DNA of 64,000 bases from Botryllus schlosseri (lineage: Eukaryota), in contig CM119371.1 in NCBI GenBank assembly GCA_051294905.1, forward strand, positions 32,924,001 through 32,988,000. Reading direction: 5' to 3'. Shown here in pieces: positions 51,219 through 63,993 of this stretch. Both the position numbers and the translations under genes were made by a program. Numbering within the stretch: position 1 is the stretch's first letter; each line of letters starts with the position of its first letter. Under the pieces are notes generated by a model. It saw only the letters and a program-made list of their open reading frames with translations, made no database searches and had not been told where the DNA came from.

Positions 51219-52842
51219 CTGTGATTCCCAACCGTGGCCCCGAGGCCGCATGGAGCCCCAAGCTAGCCCTCTTGTAGCCCCCAAAAATATTAAGAAATCG
51301 AGTTGTGACAAAAAATAAAATTTGAATTTATAAAATACACTTGCTAGGCTTGGAATCTGGAGTTTTTAATCAGGATTGCAGTCGTGAGTAGACTGCTATC
51401 GTTAAATCATTGCTTTCAGTGCAATGTGCCATAACTTTCCAGTTGAACGAGCAGTAGCTATAGATAAAGGTAAAGACAGGGCCATAACTGCCGCACGCCA
51501 AATCCCCAATGAAGAGGGGTGCGAGCTCGAACGGGGCTCAAAATTATTTCGTGAATGAGCATAAATTTTAGTGTATTTTTTGGAAATCTTTTTCAATTTA
51601 CTTTTCTCTATGCATGATTTCATGCTGCCAAATATCTTAATTTTTGGGTACTCATCCCCAAGAAAAAATGCGCAAGATTTATAGAAATGGGCATTGGGCA
51701 TATCGACGTTGTCCAATACCGCACCACGACGCACCAAGACATACTAAGTTTTAGGCCATGTAACATGCGACTCCAAGAAGTGTGTCAGAACGATCGGCAT
51801 CGAGAAAATTTTGGCCGAACAGGACTGCCCTTATGCTGACCGAAAACTTCATTATATATACATAATACTATCTTGGCAATCTGAACCTCACGAGACAAAT
51901 ACCATCCCACAGGAAAAAATTATATTCCAGTGAAGAAATACCAATTTGAAATGGTGTGCGTCTCTTAGTTTGGAAGCCTACATACGTTTGGGCGATTTTA
52001 TATTTTATGATATAGCAGACAGGAGGTCACGAAATAACATGTTGGAATCATACTAATGGGCCCTACAGTTTCCAAGACACCTTACTCTGCTCTACCGGTA
52101 AATCTGATTACGCTAGCAGCGAGGACAAGAAACTGATAGCAATATATATGCAATTCCCCATCATATTGACCGATTTCATCATGAATAATTGAAAATGTTC
52201 GCGCATCGGGCCCAAGACCCAAGTTTATGAATTTTTTTTTGGGGGGGGGACTGACGAAGTGGTGTTACGTTCCTGCAAACGGGTATAAGCCCGAAGATGT
52301 TTAGTTATTATTGAGGGACCCTACCTTTTCAAACACACCTCCCTCGGCTCTACCTGTACAACTGATTGCGTGAGCAGATAGATGATAAAAATTGATGGCA
52401 ATACATATGCAATTCCAGATCATATTGACCGATATCGCGCTATGCGCGTCTAGGCGATAAAAGCTGACTCACCAAATCGCCCCGAAAGCAGCATAATTGG
52501 TAGTCCTATAGCTCACAACCCAAGCGCCCGCATAATTTGATCCGGTCTTTATCGAAAGCTAGTGTCGCACTGATTCCAAAAATACAAATTGAAATCTCGC
52601 CAGGGCAATAAAACTACTCTAAAATAGCAACCAAAGGTCGATTGTTCTGAACAATTGGAGTGCAACAGCACAATGTCCATAACAATGGCCAATGGCGTCA
52701 AGCGATTGATCGGAACAATGCCAATTTTCATATTTTGATGACTATTTTGGGTCCGTTTCATTACCCTGGTATTCGTGCGGCCCCGACCGTACTCTGAAAT
52801 TCTAAATTTGGATCCGACAACGAAAAAGGTTGGAAACCACTG
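51219..52842. mobile_element. Second copy of the composite Charlie-like element at 28657-30672
   Basis: CTGTGATTCCCAA/TTGGAAACCACTG; TSD GTGTAGAC/GTGTATAT. Confidence 0.9.
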
Positions 52843-52916
52843 GTGTATATAGTCTTTATATTATATTCACCACATTCGTATGCTGGTGGTCGTATGCTTC
52901 AAGAGTATCTGATTAC

Positions 52917-53338
52917 TAGGGCCATTTAAAGTCATTGAAGTCATATTTTTTTTCTATGCATCAGTAAGTCGTGAAATCAATTTTATCGCAAATACCGCAT
53001 CCCTATGATGTATATTAAGAAAGGCATAAAGTCATATAAAGTCATATTTCGTCAACCCACATCAGCTTATGTGGAGCGCTTATTTTCCTTACTAAAGTCA
53101 TTGTTACGTCCAAATCGTAACTACAAAGACTCTGACATTCCACACTACATGAAACTGTACTACAACAGTGGTTTCAAAAAATTATGTTTAGTACTTTTAT
53201 GTTGCGTATGTTTTACTCTTTAGTTCCGTGAGTGACGTTGTTCGCTTGTAAAAATACACAAATTTCATGTAAAGTCATATTTTCCAAAAAATATAGTCAT
53301 ATTATTGATTTTGTTAAGGTCATGTAAAAATGACCCTA
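52917..53338 (+). mobile_element. 422 bp internally deleted hAT retaining the transposase C-terminal dimerisation motif
   Basis: TAGGGCCATTT/AAATGACCCTA; perfect TSD CTGATTAC; PTSAYVERLFSLLK...YMKLYYN at ~53056-53166. Confidence 0.92.
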
Positions 53339-54651
53339 CTGATTACTGACAATCGGCATAATATTGTGAATATCATAGTCTTGTATTAAATTAATCAAGT
53401 GGATTGCTTTGTTGGTGGAATTAATTAGCTTGTGATGCAAAATACCTCTATTTTTATAAGCACCATGAATCTATGACAAAATTCCTTCGTTCATAATAAA
53501 GCAAAATCCATGTGATTCATATGAGGTCGATTACTCCATAAGCAATGACGGCCAGGATACTAAATAAATATTGATTCGCGGAAAGTTATACTAATATAAT
53601 AGAACATGAGTGCGATCTTTTTATCCATAAAATACACACGGTACTGGGCAATGTTATATCCAAGTTACGCACGTGCGCAAATGTGCAGTGCTGACACGGT
53701 TTCTGAGCACAGAAAATCTAAGCGCACAAAAAATCCGAAGTGATGACTTTTTTTTAGTCGTTACGCACTGTTGTCCGAGAGTCTGCGCAGTGAGTTGGTG
53801 AGTGTGCACAGACTCGTCAAAATGGGTGGAAACGTTGGTCCAGGGTAATAAACGTATTCGCTCTTGTTCGCGATGTTAACGCGCCAAGCTGATATTTACT
53901 TTCAACATTATAATGGTCAGCATTACTCATACATGTCCTTTAAATATAACCTCACGAGTTTAATCACGTACTGCGGTTCATTCTGTGATACATTGTATAT
54001 TAGTAATCATTTCCCAATAACTTACAGAATCTCCACAAGCATCTACATCTACGCTCTCAAAGAGTACGGATGACAACTCTGTACGTGATCCCAACCAAGG
54101 TGACACATACTCCAATATGGCTGTTGGTACAATCAATCACGGAGTTATGATTGTTAAACATGAAAACACCCGATCCAATGTTACAGCAGGAATACCTAAC
54201 ATGGATCGACCGCATAAAGTGCAAGGTAATCAAATTACACATTCGCATCAGGCTCCGAAAGGCAGGCGTTGTCAAATCTGCGGGCCACATACGACCAACG
54301 ACAGCTTTTTAACGCGCTCGCTTAAGCCAGAGGCGGGCAACTTCTCCAGTCGGCGGGCCGGATATAGGAAAATTAAGTTCTTGGCGGGCTGGATTATTGA
54401 ATCATACATTATTCGCCCATATACGATGAATAAATTTTATTTAATGATTGTATTTTAACAACAGCAATGTCATATCAAAGCCAATTCTCGTCGATAAGGA
54501 CAAAAACAATATGGATCTGAGAACAGCATTCTCATACAGGCGCCGCCATGTCTGCTTCTCTCTGATCAATCAACACACGGTGCAAGATTTCAAGGCGTTC
54601 GATAAGCCCGATACCACAAATTCACCAAGATATCAATTCATTAGGGTTGAG

Positions 54652-54925
54652 TAGGTGGCGAGATAGCGTAGTGGCATAATCCACAGCTACAACACCAATG
54701 GGTAGTGGGTTCGAGTCCGACTGAGGTCAACTCCAGAATTCTTACACAAGTTTCGGAGGTTTGTCTAGGCTCCTCCTCGCCATCTCATCTGTATAAGCGG
54801 TGTCTTACAAAAGCCTATAAGTGTGCCGTGATACAAGTCGGCGGTTACGGAATCAAAAATAAAATAAATCGGCCTGGTGTAAATGGCCATTGCAGTCGAC
54901 AAATAACACGATTACCAGAAACAAT
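54652..54925 (+). mobile_element. tRNA-derived SINE
   Basis: A-box-like TAGCGTAGTGG, B box GGTTCGAGTCC, TSD ATTAGGGTTGAG(TAG); homologue at 37693-37953. Confidence 0.9.
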
Positions 54926-55017
54926 ATTAGGGTTGAGTAGATCGTAGGATAAAGCGAGTCTTCTCGATTCGACGAACTTATGCATAAGCTCCACTCTCGC
55001 ACGCTGCGCGCACACGT

Positions 55018-55395
55018 ATTCACGGTCGGGTGATGCTACAGTCGCAGATTTGGTGTCGCTTCATGGCACGAAACGGCAACGTAATTGCTAATCCCATAGA
55101 TGACGACCCGAGCGCTCAAATTTATTAACGTTGATATCATTCGAAAGCTACAGTCGCGCTGATTCTGATAATATACATCAAAATCTGATCAGGGCAATGG
55201 AACCCTGTCGAAATACCCCTCAAAGTATGAACATCTTTATATTATCAGAATTAGCGCGACTGTAGCTTCCAAAAAAGATCAGCTTTATTAAATTTGAGCG
55301 CTCGGGTCGTCATCTATGGGATTAGCAATTACCTTGCCGTTTCGTGCTATGAAGCGACGACAAATCTGCGAATGTAGCATCACTCGACCGTGAAT
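55018..55395. mobile_element. 378 bp foldback element with ~155 bp arms
   Basis: ATTCACGGTCG...CGACCGTGAAT arms; flanking direct repeat CACGT. Confidence 0.9.
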
Positions 55396-57044
55396 CACGT
55401 GATGCGCATCCATCCGTAGGTTAGTAATATATAGTATGACTATAGAATGTTAAAATGGAATGGCAACGACCGATTTTGCACCATCGTTCCGCTTCGCCGA
55501 GGCTGGAGTGGAGAATTGTTTTGCGTAAGCGACTGTAGGATTTCTGGCAATCTAAAAGCTATCTTCCAGAGCGCAGAATTTACCGAATATGGTCTTGATC
55601 GAACGCTACTGCCACACCGATTCTGAAAATATAAATTAAAATATGATCAGGCACTGATCCACCTAGATTCCCCTCTCCAAGTCTGAAATATCGGCATTGT
55701 TCGAACAATCGGAGGGTCGCCACGGGTCATTGTTATGGTCCATAGGCGCCGACTTTTATTTTTGCATGGGGTGGCGGCAGGCGCGTAGTCAGGGGGTGTC
55801 GAAACCACCTCCTTTCATAACGCAAAACCCCGTCCTTTTGGAATGACCATTCTGACGCTAATGTTCAGTTGCAATTCAACAAGTCGTGTTACGAGGGCAA
55901 ATTAACGAGATTCGTCTGTGCACGCAAATCGAATCGCACATTGTAACGCAGGGGTCACCAACACGCGGCCCGCCTGGTCATATTTTGCGGCCCGCGGCCT
56001 GCTTTGGGGAAATTTTGAAAGAACGGTCAGAAAACCATTACGAAATGCCGAAATTGATTTCAGTTTAAACATATTGTTGTTGTCGTTCAAAGTAAGCCAT
56101 TCTACTGTGCCCAATATCACTATTCCTTCGGTTCGGCATGGTAATATAATTATCTATTATGGAGGAATAATTTGCTGATATGAATGGGCATATTGCCTTG
56201 GCGTGCAATGGCCCACCAATGCAAAGACCGGGAGGCTTGATAGAAGATTTCGGACTCTTCAAGAGACCATGCTTTACGGGTAGATAGTTTTCCAGCAAAT
56301 AGGCTACCGTCGTACCGTGTCTATAACTAACCCCAATATCGATTCTTTAATCCTGGGGCGGTCAATCTGCGGCAGTAGAAGAAAAATTATGCGGCCGTCG
56401 ACACTCAATTCAACTAGGATGTGTTGGTGGCTGTCAATATTTTGCAAATTGAATTTACGAATTGACTCGCTAATTAATGTGAGGTTTGAATTAGTCTTGA
56501 AATTTTCTTCGCGCTATGCGCGCTTCAACGCGAGTTGTTTTCGGATTTTAATACAGCGGTGTCCTTTGTAATCTGAGTCCCACAGTACAGATGCGAACAG
56601 CGGAGAAAAATGATGCGACCCATAAAGAAATACCAATTTTTAATCGTGTTCTCCTCATACCGAATTATTATTATTTTTTGGTAGCCTGCGTTAGGGCGAA
56701 TCGAATATATTTCCACTGTAACGACAATTCTAATGGGAGGTCAAGAAATAACTGCATGCAACAGATGGGACTAATAAGAATTGGCCTACCCAATGATGCA
56801 CCCTTGCATTAATAACTTCTCCTTGTTTTTGCAGACACCCCCTGCATAAACTCTATCGGTGAATCTGATCCCACGGGCCGAGAAAGGATGAATATTTGAT
56901 AGTAATATGTGAAACCATACTAATATTAAATGATGAAATTCACTCGTAAGCATGAAAAATATACGCGCTTGGCGCGACTACAGTGCGAGCCCCTGTCACT
57001 CTTCATAACATGACTATATTCGCGGTCTCGGTGCCCATAGTAAG

Positions 57045-58061
57045 TAGGGCTGGGCAAAATCGAGTACCTGAGTGATTCGATTCTGAATCACGTAATATGC
57101 TTCGAGTCGAGTCGAGTAATCGAGTATCACTCATTATGACGTCCCAACAGAATATACTATGCCGGAGTTCAAATATGTACCTTTTATGCCGTGGCTGCTT
57201 TTATGTCGTAGCTTTATACTATATCTGGTATGATGCAACACGGCCAATAGGGCTGTTCAAAAATAACTTTTTTTCCCGATTCAAGCCGGTCACCTCTTAA
57301 ATCGTCAGGTTGCAGTAGAAAACCTTGCTCACCAAATTTCACTCGATTCCAACCAGTAAAGGCCTCCGCAGATCCAATTAAAATTTTTAATTTATTATGG
57401 AAAATTGAAAAAAAAAATTCCAAATTTTTCTGCCAACCCCATGAAATTGTAGAGCTATCTTCAAAGACGTTGCAAAACAAATTTGAGTCAATTCCGACCA
57501 GTAGAAGCGGAGTTATGTGAGTTTTTCGATGATAATCCTCGGATTATCCTTGATTGGTGGATAATCCGAGAATAATCAACGAAAAACTCACATAACTCCG
57601 CTTCTACTGGTCGGAATTGACTCAAATTTGTTTTGCATCGTCTTTGAAGACAGCTCAACAACTTCATGGGGTTGTTAAAAAAAATTGGAAATTTTATTTT
57701 TTAAATTTCACGTAATAAATTAAAAAATTTAATTTGCTCTGCGGAAGCTTAGACTTGTTAGAATTGAACCAAATTTGGTATGCAGGCTTTGTTATGATAA
57801 CCTGACAATTTAATCAGTGAATGGCGTGAATCCGGAAAAAAAAAGTTATTTTTGAACAGCCCTAACGGCCAATCAAGGTTTCAAGGCTTCCTCAGTGGAA
57901 AACAGTATCAAAACTATAAGCCTCGTTAGTAAATTAACTTTCAGTTGCGAGGAGCGTATATTTTCAGTACTCGAAAAATTATTCTTTTACTACTCGACTC
58001 GAATCATTAGAATTAATACTCGATTCAGATTCGATTACTCGAATCATTGTGCCCAGCCCTA
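57045..58061. mobile_element. Inverted copy of the 11602-12096 MITE
   Basis: TAGGGCTGGGCA termini; perfect TSD ATAGTAAG. Confidence 0.95.
57248..57864. mobile_element. 617 bp fully palindromic (foldback) MITE
   Basis: TAGGGCTGTTCAAAAATAAC arms meet near 57556; perfect TSD ACGGCCAA. Confidence 0.96.
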
Positions 58062-60972
58062 ATAGTAAGCCGATATGAGTGAATAGATTTGTCCGGAGTG
58101 TACCAGCAATGGACAATTGGACATGGTGAGTTTGACGTGGATATTTGGCCCCAGTTTGTTTATCACCATTATGCACCGGTATGCAGGCGCGGGCTACATG
58201 AGTAATCGAAATGCGGCCGTGAATAGCAAAAAGGTTGCCCACCCCTGTTTTAGTTGCTACAGAGTGTTTGGTATCGTGCGCAGCTCATAGTTCAAAATAT
58301 AATGAAATTGATGACATGATATTTTTTGTTGTATTTGTGTTTGCTTAATAAAATATTATTCATTTTGTGGTGACTATGTCCATCGCCCATGTAAGAGTGC
58401 ACAGCATTGTACTTACGTAGAGTTATCATACGTAGTTGTTAAGCTGCGTTGGCTATGTTAATCACGATATTGAAGTCATGCGGCCCGCGGCCTCTAGGAA
58501 TTTTGAAAAGTGTCCCGCGACCCATTTTGAGTTGGCGACCCCTGTTGTAACGCGACGCGATCTCCCGCTGAGATGATTTCGAAATTAGGTCATTGAATGC
58601 CGCAAGCTCGGCATTCGATCGTCGCTAGACTGAGCAGTATGGCTCGAAAGACAGGCAAGATTCTTGCCTGCTGGCGGTAAGGGATAATTACTGATTGGCA
58701 GCGCGCGTTTGTAATCATCATTCTTGTACCGCCAACGCAATGGGTTTTGACTGAGTAGCTCACATCGCAACAATTGGTTGCTGATTAAAACATTGCTGCA
58801 TTTCCCGATTTACGTTCGCAAAGCTTAATTTGATTAATATTACGGGCACTAGAATAAATTCCAACTAGCAGGCACACACAATAAAACACTGTTCAACTTG
58901 CGCTCCGAGAATATTTATCAGAAAAAAGGTTCACTAAATATTTTAAACGCGGCTTGCGGCCCTCATCGATGCATTTAATTCACTTTAATAATTTGTAGAA
59001 CGGATATTTGGTTGTCAAATCGCGATAGGAGATGGTGGTTCTCAGAGCGCGCGATGAAATCTACGTTTCTAACGATGAGGTCGAATTTGTATATCTAATA
59101 AGAATCGTTAGTTTTCCGAAATCATCATCAGTTTACTGTGCAAAATACATAGTAGTGATCAATTTTATCGGACTGTACAATGTACACGTACAATCGGCCA
59201 GCAAGATTGCTCTGATAACGAAATTACAGACATGCCGCAAACCTGTAATAATTACAATTACAGGGTGCGCTATAGTCATACCTGAATACCCAGGTGTGGC
59301 AAATGGCAACGAGCACAATAATTCGTTCAGACGCGGGCATAGGTTTCAATCAAAAAGATACATAAACACAAACAATATTACACTCAGAGATTGTTACTGT
59401 TTGGCGAAAGTGTTTCTGCAGACGTTAGTAGGCCTGCTTGCGGACGCGCTAAATCAAACCCCAGCCGATAGTGCACATGAGATATCGATGACCCATTTCG
59501 CATATAAATGATCCTCGCAAATTTGTAGTACGCAACATCGATAATACGTTTTAGTGAATTGGCATTTCAAAAGGACTGGATTTCTAGTTTAAAATGAGTA
59601 ACTCACTGGCTACGCACCTAGGGTTCTAATACCGACAACGCGCTGGTTATAATATTAGCCAGGGGCCTACGGCATACGTAAGTCCCGATCAGCCAGTCGA
59701 ATTTGATCGTGAAATGGTGCAATTTTAATTATCCAGGTGTTATTGCAGCAAGAGCAATATGGGCGCATGCCGCAACCTTATCAATAGAAATGCAAATCCC
59801 GATGGTTTAAAATTCAATTCGCGACATGGTTGAGCCCGATAGAGTCCGACCAGCGAAGTTGGTTGGAATATAGAAGGTTCCCGCTCGAACTAATCGAATA
59901 AATTCAGAATTTCCGCCACCGAAGATCTCTTATTGCATCAATATTCGACAACATAATTCAACGCCGTGCACTGCACAATGCGCAGTTAGAATAACAAATC
60001 AAACACTTGATAAGTGTCTTCGAGGGAATACCAGTGTATAAAGCAGGCAAGAATTAGTAGCCTAGAGATGATAGCAAACGAGAACTCGTGTATCTAATCA
60101 GTAATTCCTCAACTTGCATATAGCACAATGGGGTTCCGAGTCTGACATCGCGAGACAATTGTTTGCAATTGAATATATGCGCACCTTGCGCAGGAATGAC
60201 TTTCAATTCGCAGGCATACATTAACACACTTTCCTATTTCGCGGTCCAATTCCAATTAAAAAGACTATCACAAAACCAAGTCAAGAATTATTTTGTAAAC
60301 GAATATGTCTGCAGGAACAATTTAATTGAGAGAAATAGAACGTGAATCCGCTGGTCCAGTAGAGAGGGCTGGTGTTTCTCAGAGCACGCGTATCGAAATT
60401 GACGTCGTAAACGAGGTAGCTTCGATTGTATGATTACTAATCACGGATTACAATTTATTGGGGCGTTTTAAGCACTAGTTTATACTGCATATTCAATTAT
60501 TCGCGCGCGTATCGGTTAATAGTAAATAGTTGGCATTTACGCGATAATCACAGACTCGCTAATTGACAGCACAGGCGGCGGACGTTTAAGAATTTTGTAT
60601 TGGGTGGCCGCCACCCCATGATTATGTCATGGGTGGCTGCGCCACCCCGCCACCCCGTAACTCGGCGCGCCATAACTTATGGCCATTGTGTCGCGATTAT
60701 CCGATTGTACTGAACAATGCACATTTCAGATGTTGAGGGTGTGGGTGGGGTGGGTATGGGATATTATGGCACTCAGCAACTAGGGCTTTGTGCGCCAGGC
60801 CTGAGTGGGAGGGTTGATTGGGGGTTATATTCCCCTTCCGGACAATATCACATAATCTATTATTGGATGTACCATTATAGGATTGTTCAGTAGTACGTGA
60901 AGGTCCGTTGGAAGTTGTTGTAGATTACACCTACCGAGTAGGTAATCTCTTTGTGATCGGTAACGCGTTCAT

Positions 60973-62459
60973 TAGGGTTGTCCATAATTTGGAAAATCTC
61001 AAAAAAGCTGCGTATCCATGTCTCATTCTGTAGATTATTGATGAAAAACGTCAATGAGCCTGCAATAAGCTCATAGAAAAGTCGTTAATATTTGTCTAAA
61101 TGCGTTTGAAAGTACCTGCCGTAGAGTGGGCGTGTCAGCGACCATAGAACGGCGAGAAGACTAGTAATCACGAAATCACGTCTCTTGATTGGTTAATCAG
61201 CTATGCTTGAATGATCACTACCACAGCGGCTTGCTGATTATGTGCTTCTACTAGTTCTAGAAGTTCGCCAACGGCAATGATTCCGTGAGCGCATTATTGT
61301 ACGCTGATGTTTTAATGTTAAAACTTGGTGCCGATAGGTTTAGAGAGCAACCATAGCCTCTTGCAGGCATGGCAGAGGTGATACAGCGAATGATTGTGAA
61401 CTTATGGAACTAAGTATAGATCCCAGAAATACCTATCTGATATGTTTGAGATTACGCCAAGTGGTCCTGTTTTTCTGGGTGCAGGTAAGGCATAATAGAC
61501 ATCGCCAAACTGGTGCAGCATACCATGTGAGATGGACACAATCCTGTATGTTCAGAAGATATGTGGGCCGACCAGGTGGCTTACATTGGATTTATGAACA
61601 AGAGTAACTACCACACCGCTTCAATACATTCTTTTTATGTCCATGTCTGGTTTGATTCAAGCATTAGTCTTGATGCAGCCGGTATGATCTAAGATTCATT
61701 AAGGACATGCTAGGCAATGTAAGCAAATTGAGGACTTTGAAAGCACATGCTGGTATGATTCATTATGCTGCAGTAGTCTGACAAGTGCCAAGCATAAATG
61801 ACAGATTTATCCAGCCCTTACAGCATTCAAGATTCAATTATATACCACGATAGCAGCCTAATGAGATCAGAGTGTAGATGTCAAGTTTTATATTTGTATT
61901 CAATGATGGTACATCCCCTCTGAAACTAGAAATTCATTTTCCTCTCGCACAAGAGCCTTTGCAATATTTTTCCTCTTTCCATGAATGAAATCAAGGCATA
62001 CAGGCTACAACGGTTACCTTCACAGTAAGCTATCCAGTCATGTATTCAAAGATATTGTGAAGCAGCTGTTCTTTGTTCATCATGTATTTCGTAACTCAAC
62101 ATGTTCTGAATTAATCCTAAATCATTATTTTCGGACCAATCTACAATGCGCTTACAGAATCACCGCCATTAGTCGACTCCTTGACCAGCAGATCAACAAG
62201 CCGCCAACGTCGTGATCATTGAAGCATAGCAGATCAGCCAATCAAACGCCGTTATTTCGTGATTACTATTCTGCTTGCCGTTCTATGGTCGCTGACACGC
62301 CCACTCTACGGCAGCTACTCTCAAATGCATTTAGACAAATGTTAACGACTTTCCCGTGAGCTTATTGCAGGTCTATTGACGTTTTTCAACTATAATCTAT
62401 AGAATGAGACATGGATACGAATAAATTTTGAGATTTTCCAAATTATGGACAACCCGCTA
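60973..62459. mobile_element. 1.5 kb non-autonomous DNA transposon with ~245 bp TIRs
   Basis: TAGGGTTGTCCATAATTTGGAAAATCTC is mirrored at the right end; perfect 8-bp TSD GCGTTCAT. Confidence 0.93.
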
Positions 62460-62463
62460 GCGT

Positions 62464-63993
62464 TCATGTAAATATGAAGTGTTCTAACGTTTCGGGCACG
62501 TGGCATCGTTCACAGAGACCACTGTCATGCTGGCCAATTCGGTGCAGGTGTGCATTTAGTCGACAGTGACCTGTTTGAAGCCGAAAAAGGCTAGAGTTTT
62601 CACGCTGAGTCAGTTCGTGAAGCTGGGAGGTTGCACCGACCAAATTCACCAGGCGAACATATCCGGAGCTCGATTCCCGATCCCGCATCTCCTTTTTCCA
62701 TTTTGTGCGACAGAAGATTGATATCATGGATTTGCATTCGCTAAGCGTCAGCGAAATCTCTTCCATCCCATTGTTGACAATGTTCGCTGCATCTTTAGCA
62801 AGCCTATTCGCCACTTCGTTGTTTACTATTCCTTTGTGAGCCGGGATCCATATAATTGTTGTGCGGCTGCCGCTAGACGAGAGGCGAGAAATACACTGAA
62901 TGATGTCATCGATAACCGTGTTGCCTTCGTTGAGTCTTTGTTCGATGGCTTTGGTCGCACTTTGACTGTCTGTAAAAATGGCAATATTTGTGTTTGATGG
63001 ACAGTTACTGCATGCCCACAACAGGCTTTCCTTGATGGCGATAAGCTCCGCAGGGTACACACTTTGTAAACTACTCAAGGAAAGATTGAAAGAGGCACCA
63101 AGTGTTGGGATGTAGTAGCTGGCACCGCATCCCTTGTCAGTTTTTGAACCGTTAGTATATATAGCCAAATGATGATTGTAGCGGATAGACATATACTCCT
63201 TGCACTCAATTCTGATCGCATCGGGGTGTTCGATGTTCAAGGTCTTGGAGCCAAGACTTAGATCTACTGAAATTTCCAAAGGAATCCATGGGGGTACAGA
63301 AGCGGGTTCAATTCGGGTGAGTTTTATGTTTCTGCGCGGGTCTATATTAGATATCATATTGAATGTCTTGAAATTTTCCGTGTTTGGAAAAATTTCGTGC
63401 CAGGAGTGTTGTGTTACCGATGAGCAATGGTGTCTAGGTTGGCACAATATTGTGCACCGGTATGCGGCGCATGCTTGCAGGTGCCGAAGATGTATCGGTA
63501 ATTCGTTACAAAAAGTCTGTAGCGCGATCGTTGGGGTGCTAATCACTGCCCCACTACAGAGCCTTAGAGCAGAGTTTTGTATCTTCTGTATGGTTTGATA
63601 GACATACTTCGGTGCTATAAAATATGCCTCGAATCCATATTCCATTATGGAGCGAATAATGGCTCTATAAAGTAATATCATGCATGACTTAGACGCATCC
63701 CAGGATATGCCTCGCAGACACCGTAGGATATTCAGGCGCTTACTACATTTTTCAGCTACTGGACGGGAGTATTGCCGGTAGGTAAGTCTAGAATCAAACG
63801 TGATGCCAAGATACCGGAATTCTCTTTCGAACGGGATCCGCGACCCATCGAGAGATAGCTCAAAATTTGCGGGCTTGCGCCGTCTCGTGAATAGCATGGC
63901 AGCCGATTTGCTCAAGTTTATTTTCAATCCCCACTTTTTACACCAATTAGCAACCTTATTCAAGGAGTGCTGTATATTTTGCTGGAGGTCCAA
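62464..63993 (-). pseudogene. LINE ORF2 C-terminal half: RT thumb, RNase H and CCHC zinc finger; continues beyond the window
   Basis: WCKKWGLKINLSKS, FRYLGITFDSRL, IYTNGSK, AELIAI, IFTDSQSA, WIPAHKGI, RLQTGHCRL, CERCHVPETLEHFIFT then a premature TGA at the last Cys. Confidence 0.95.

Larger units (their letters stand above)
55949..58544. mobile_element. Charlie-like element carrying three further nested insertions
   Basis: CAGGGGTCACCAAC/GTTGGCGACCCCTG; perfect TSD TTGTAACG. Confidence 0.92.

Noticed and set aside
54652..54730. tRNA gene
   Set aside because: A and B boxes are present but I see no convincing cloverleaf; TSDs and a second copy show it is a SINE head.
59032..59511. 159-aa ORF as a gene
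   Set aside because: No recognisable motif; it lies inside the nested transposon block and its start is repeated at ~60370 without an ORF.
61700..62050. TTF-type zinc finger remnant (W...H..S..H) inside the 60973-62459 element
   Set aside because: Needs several frameshifts and cannot be told from chance by eye.
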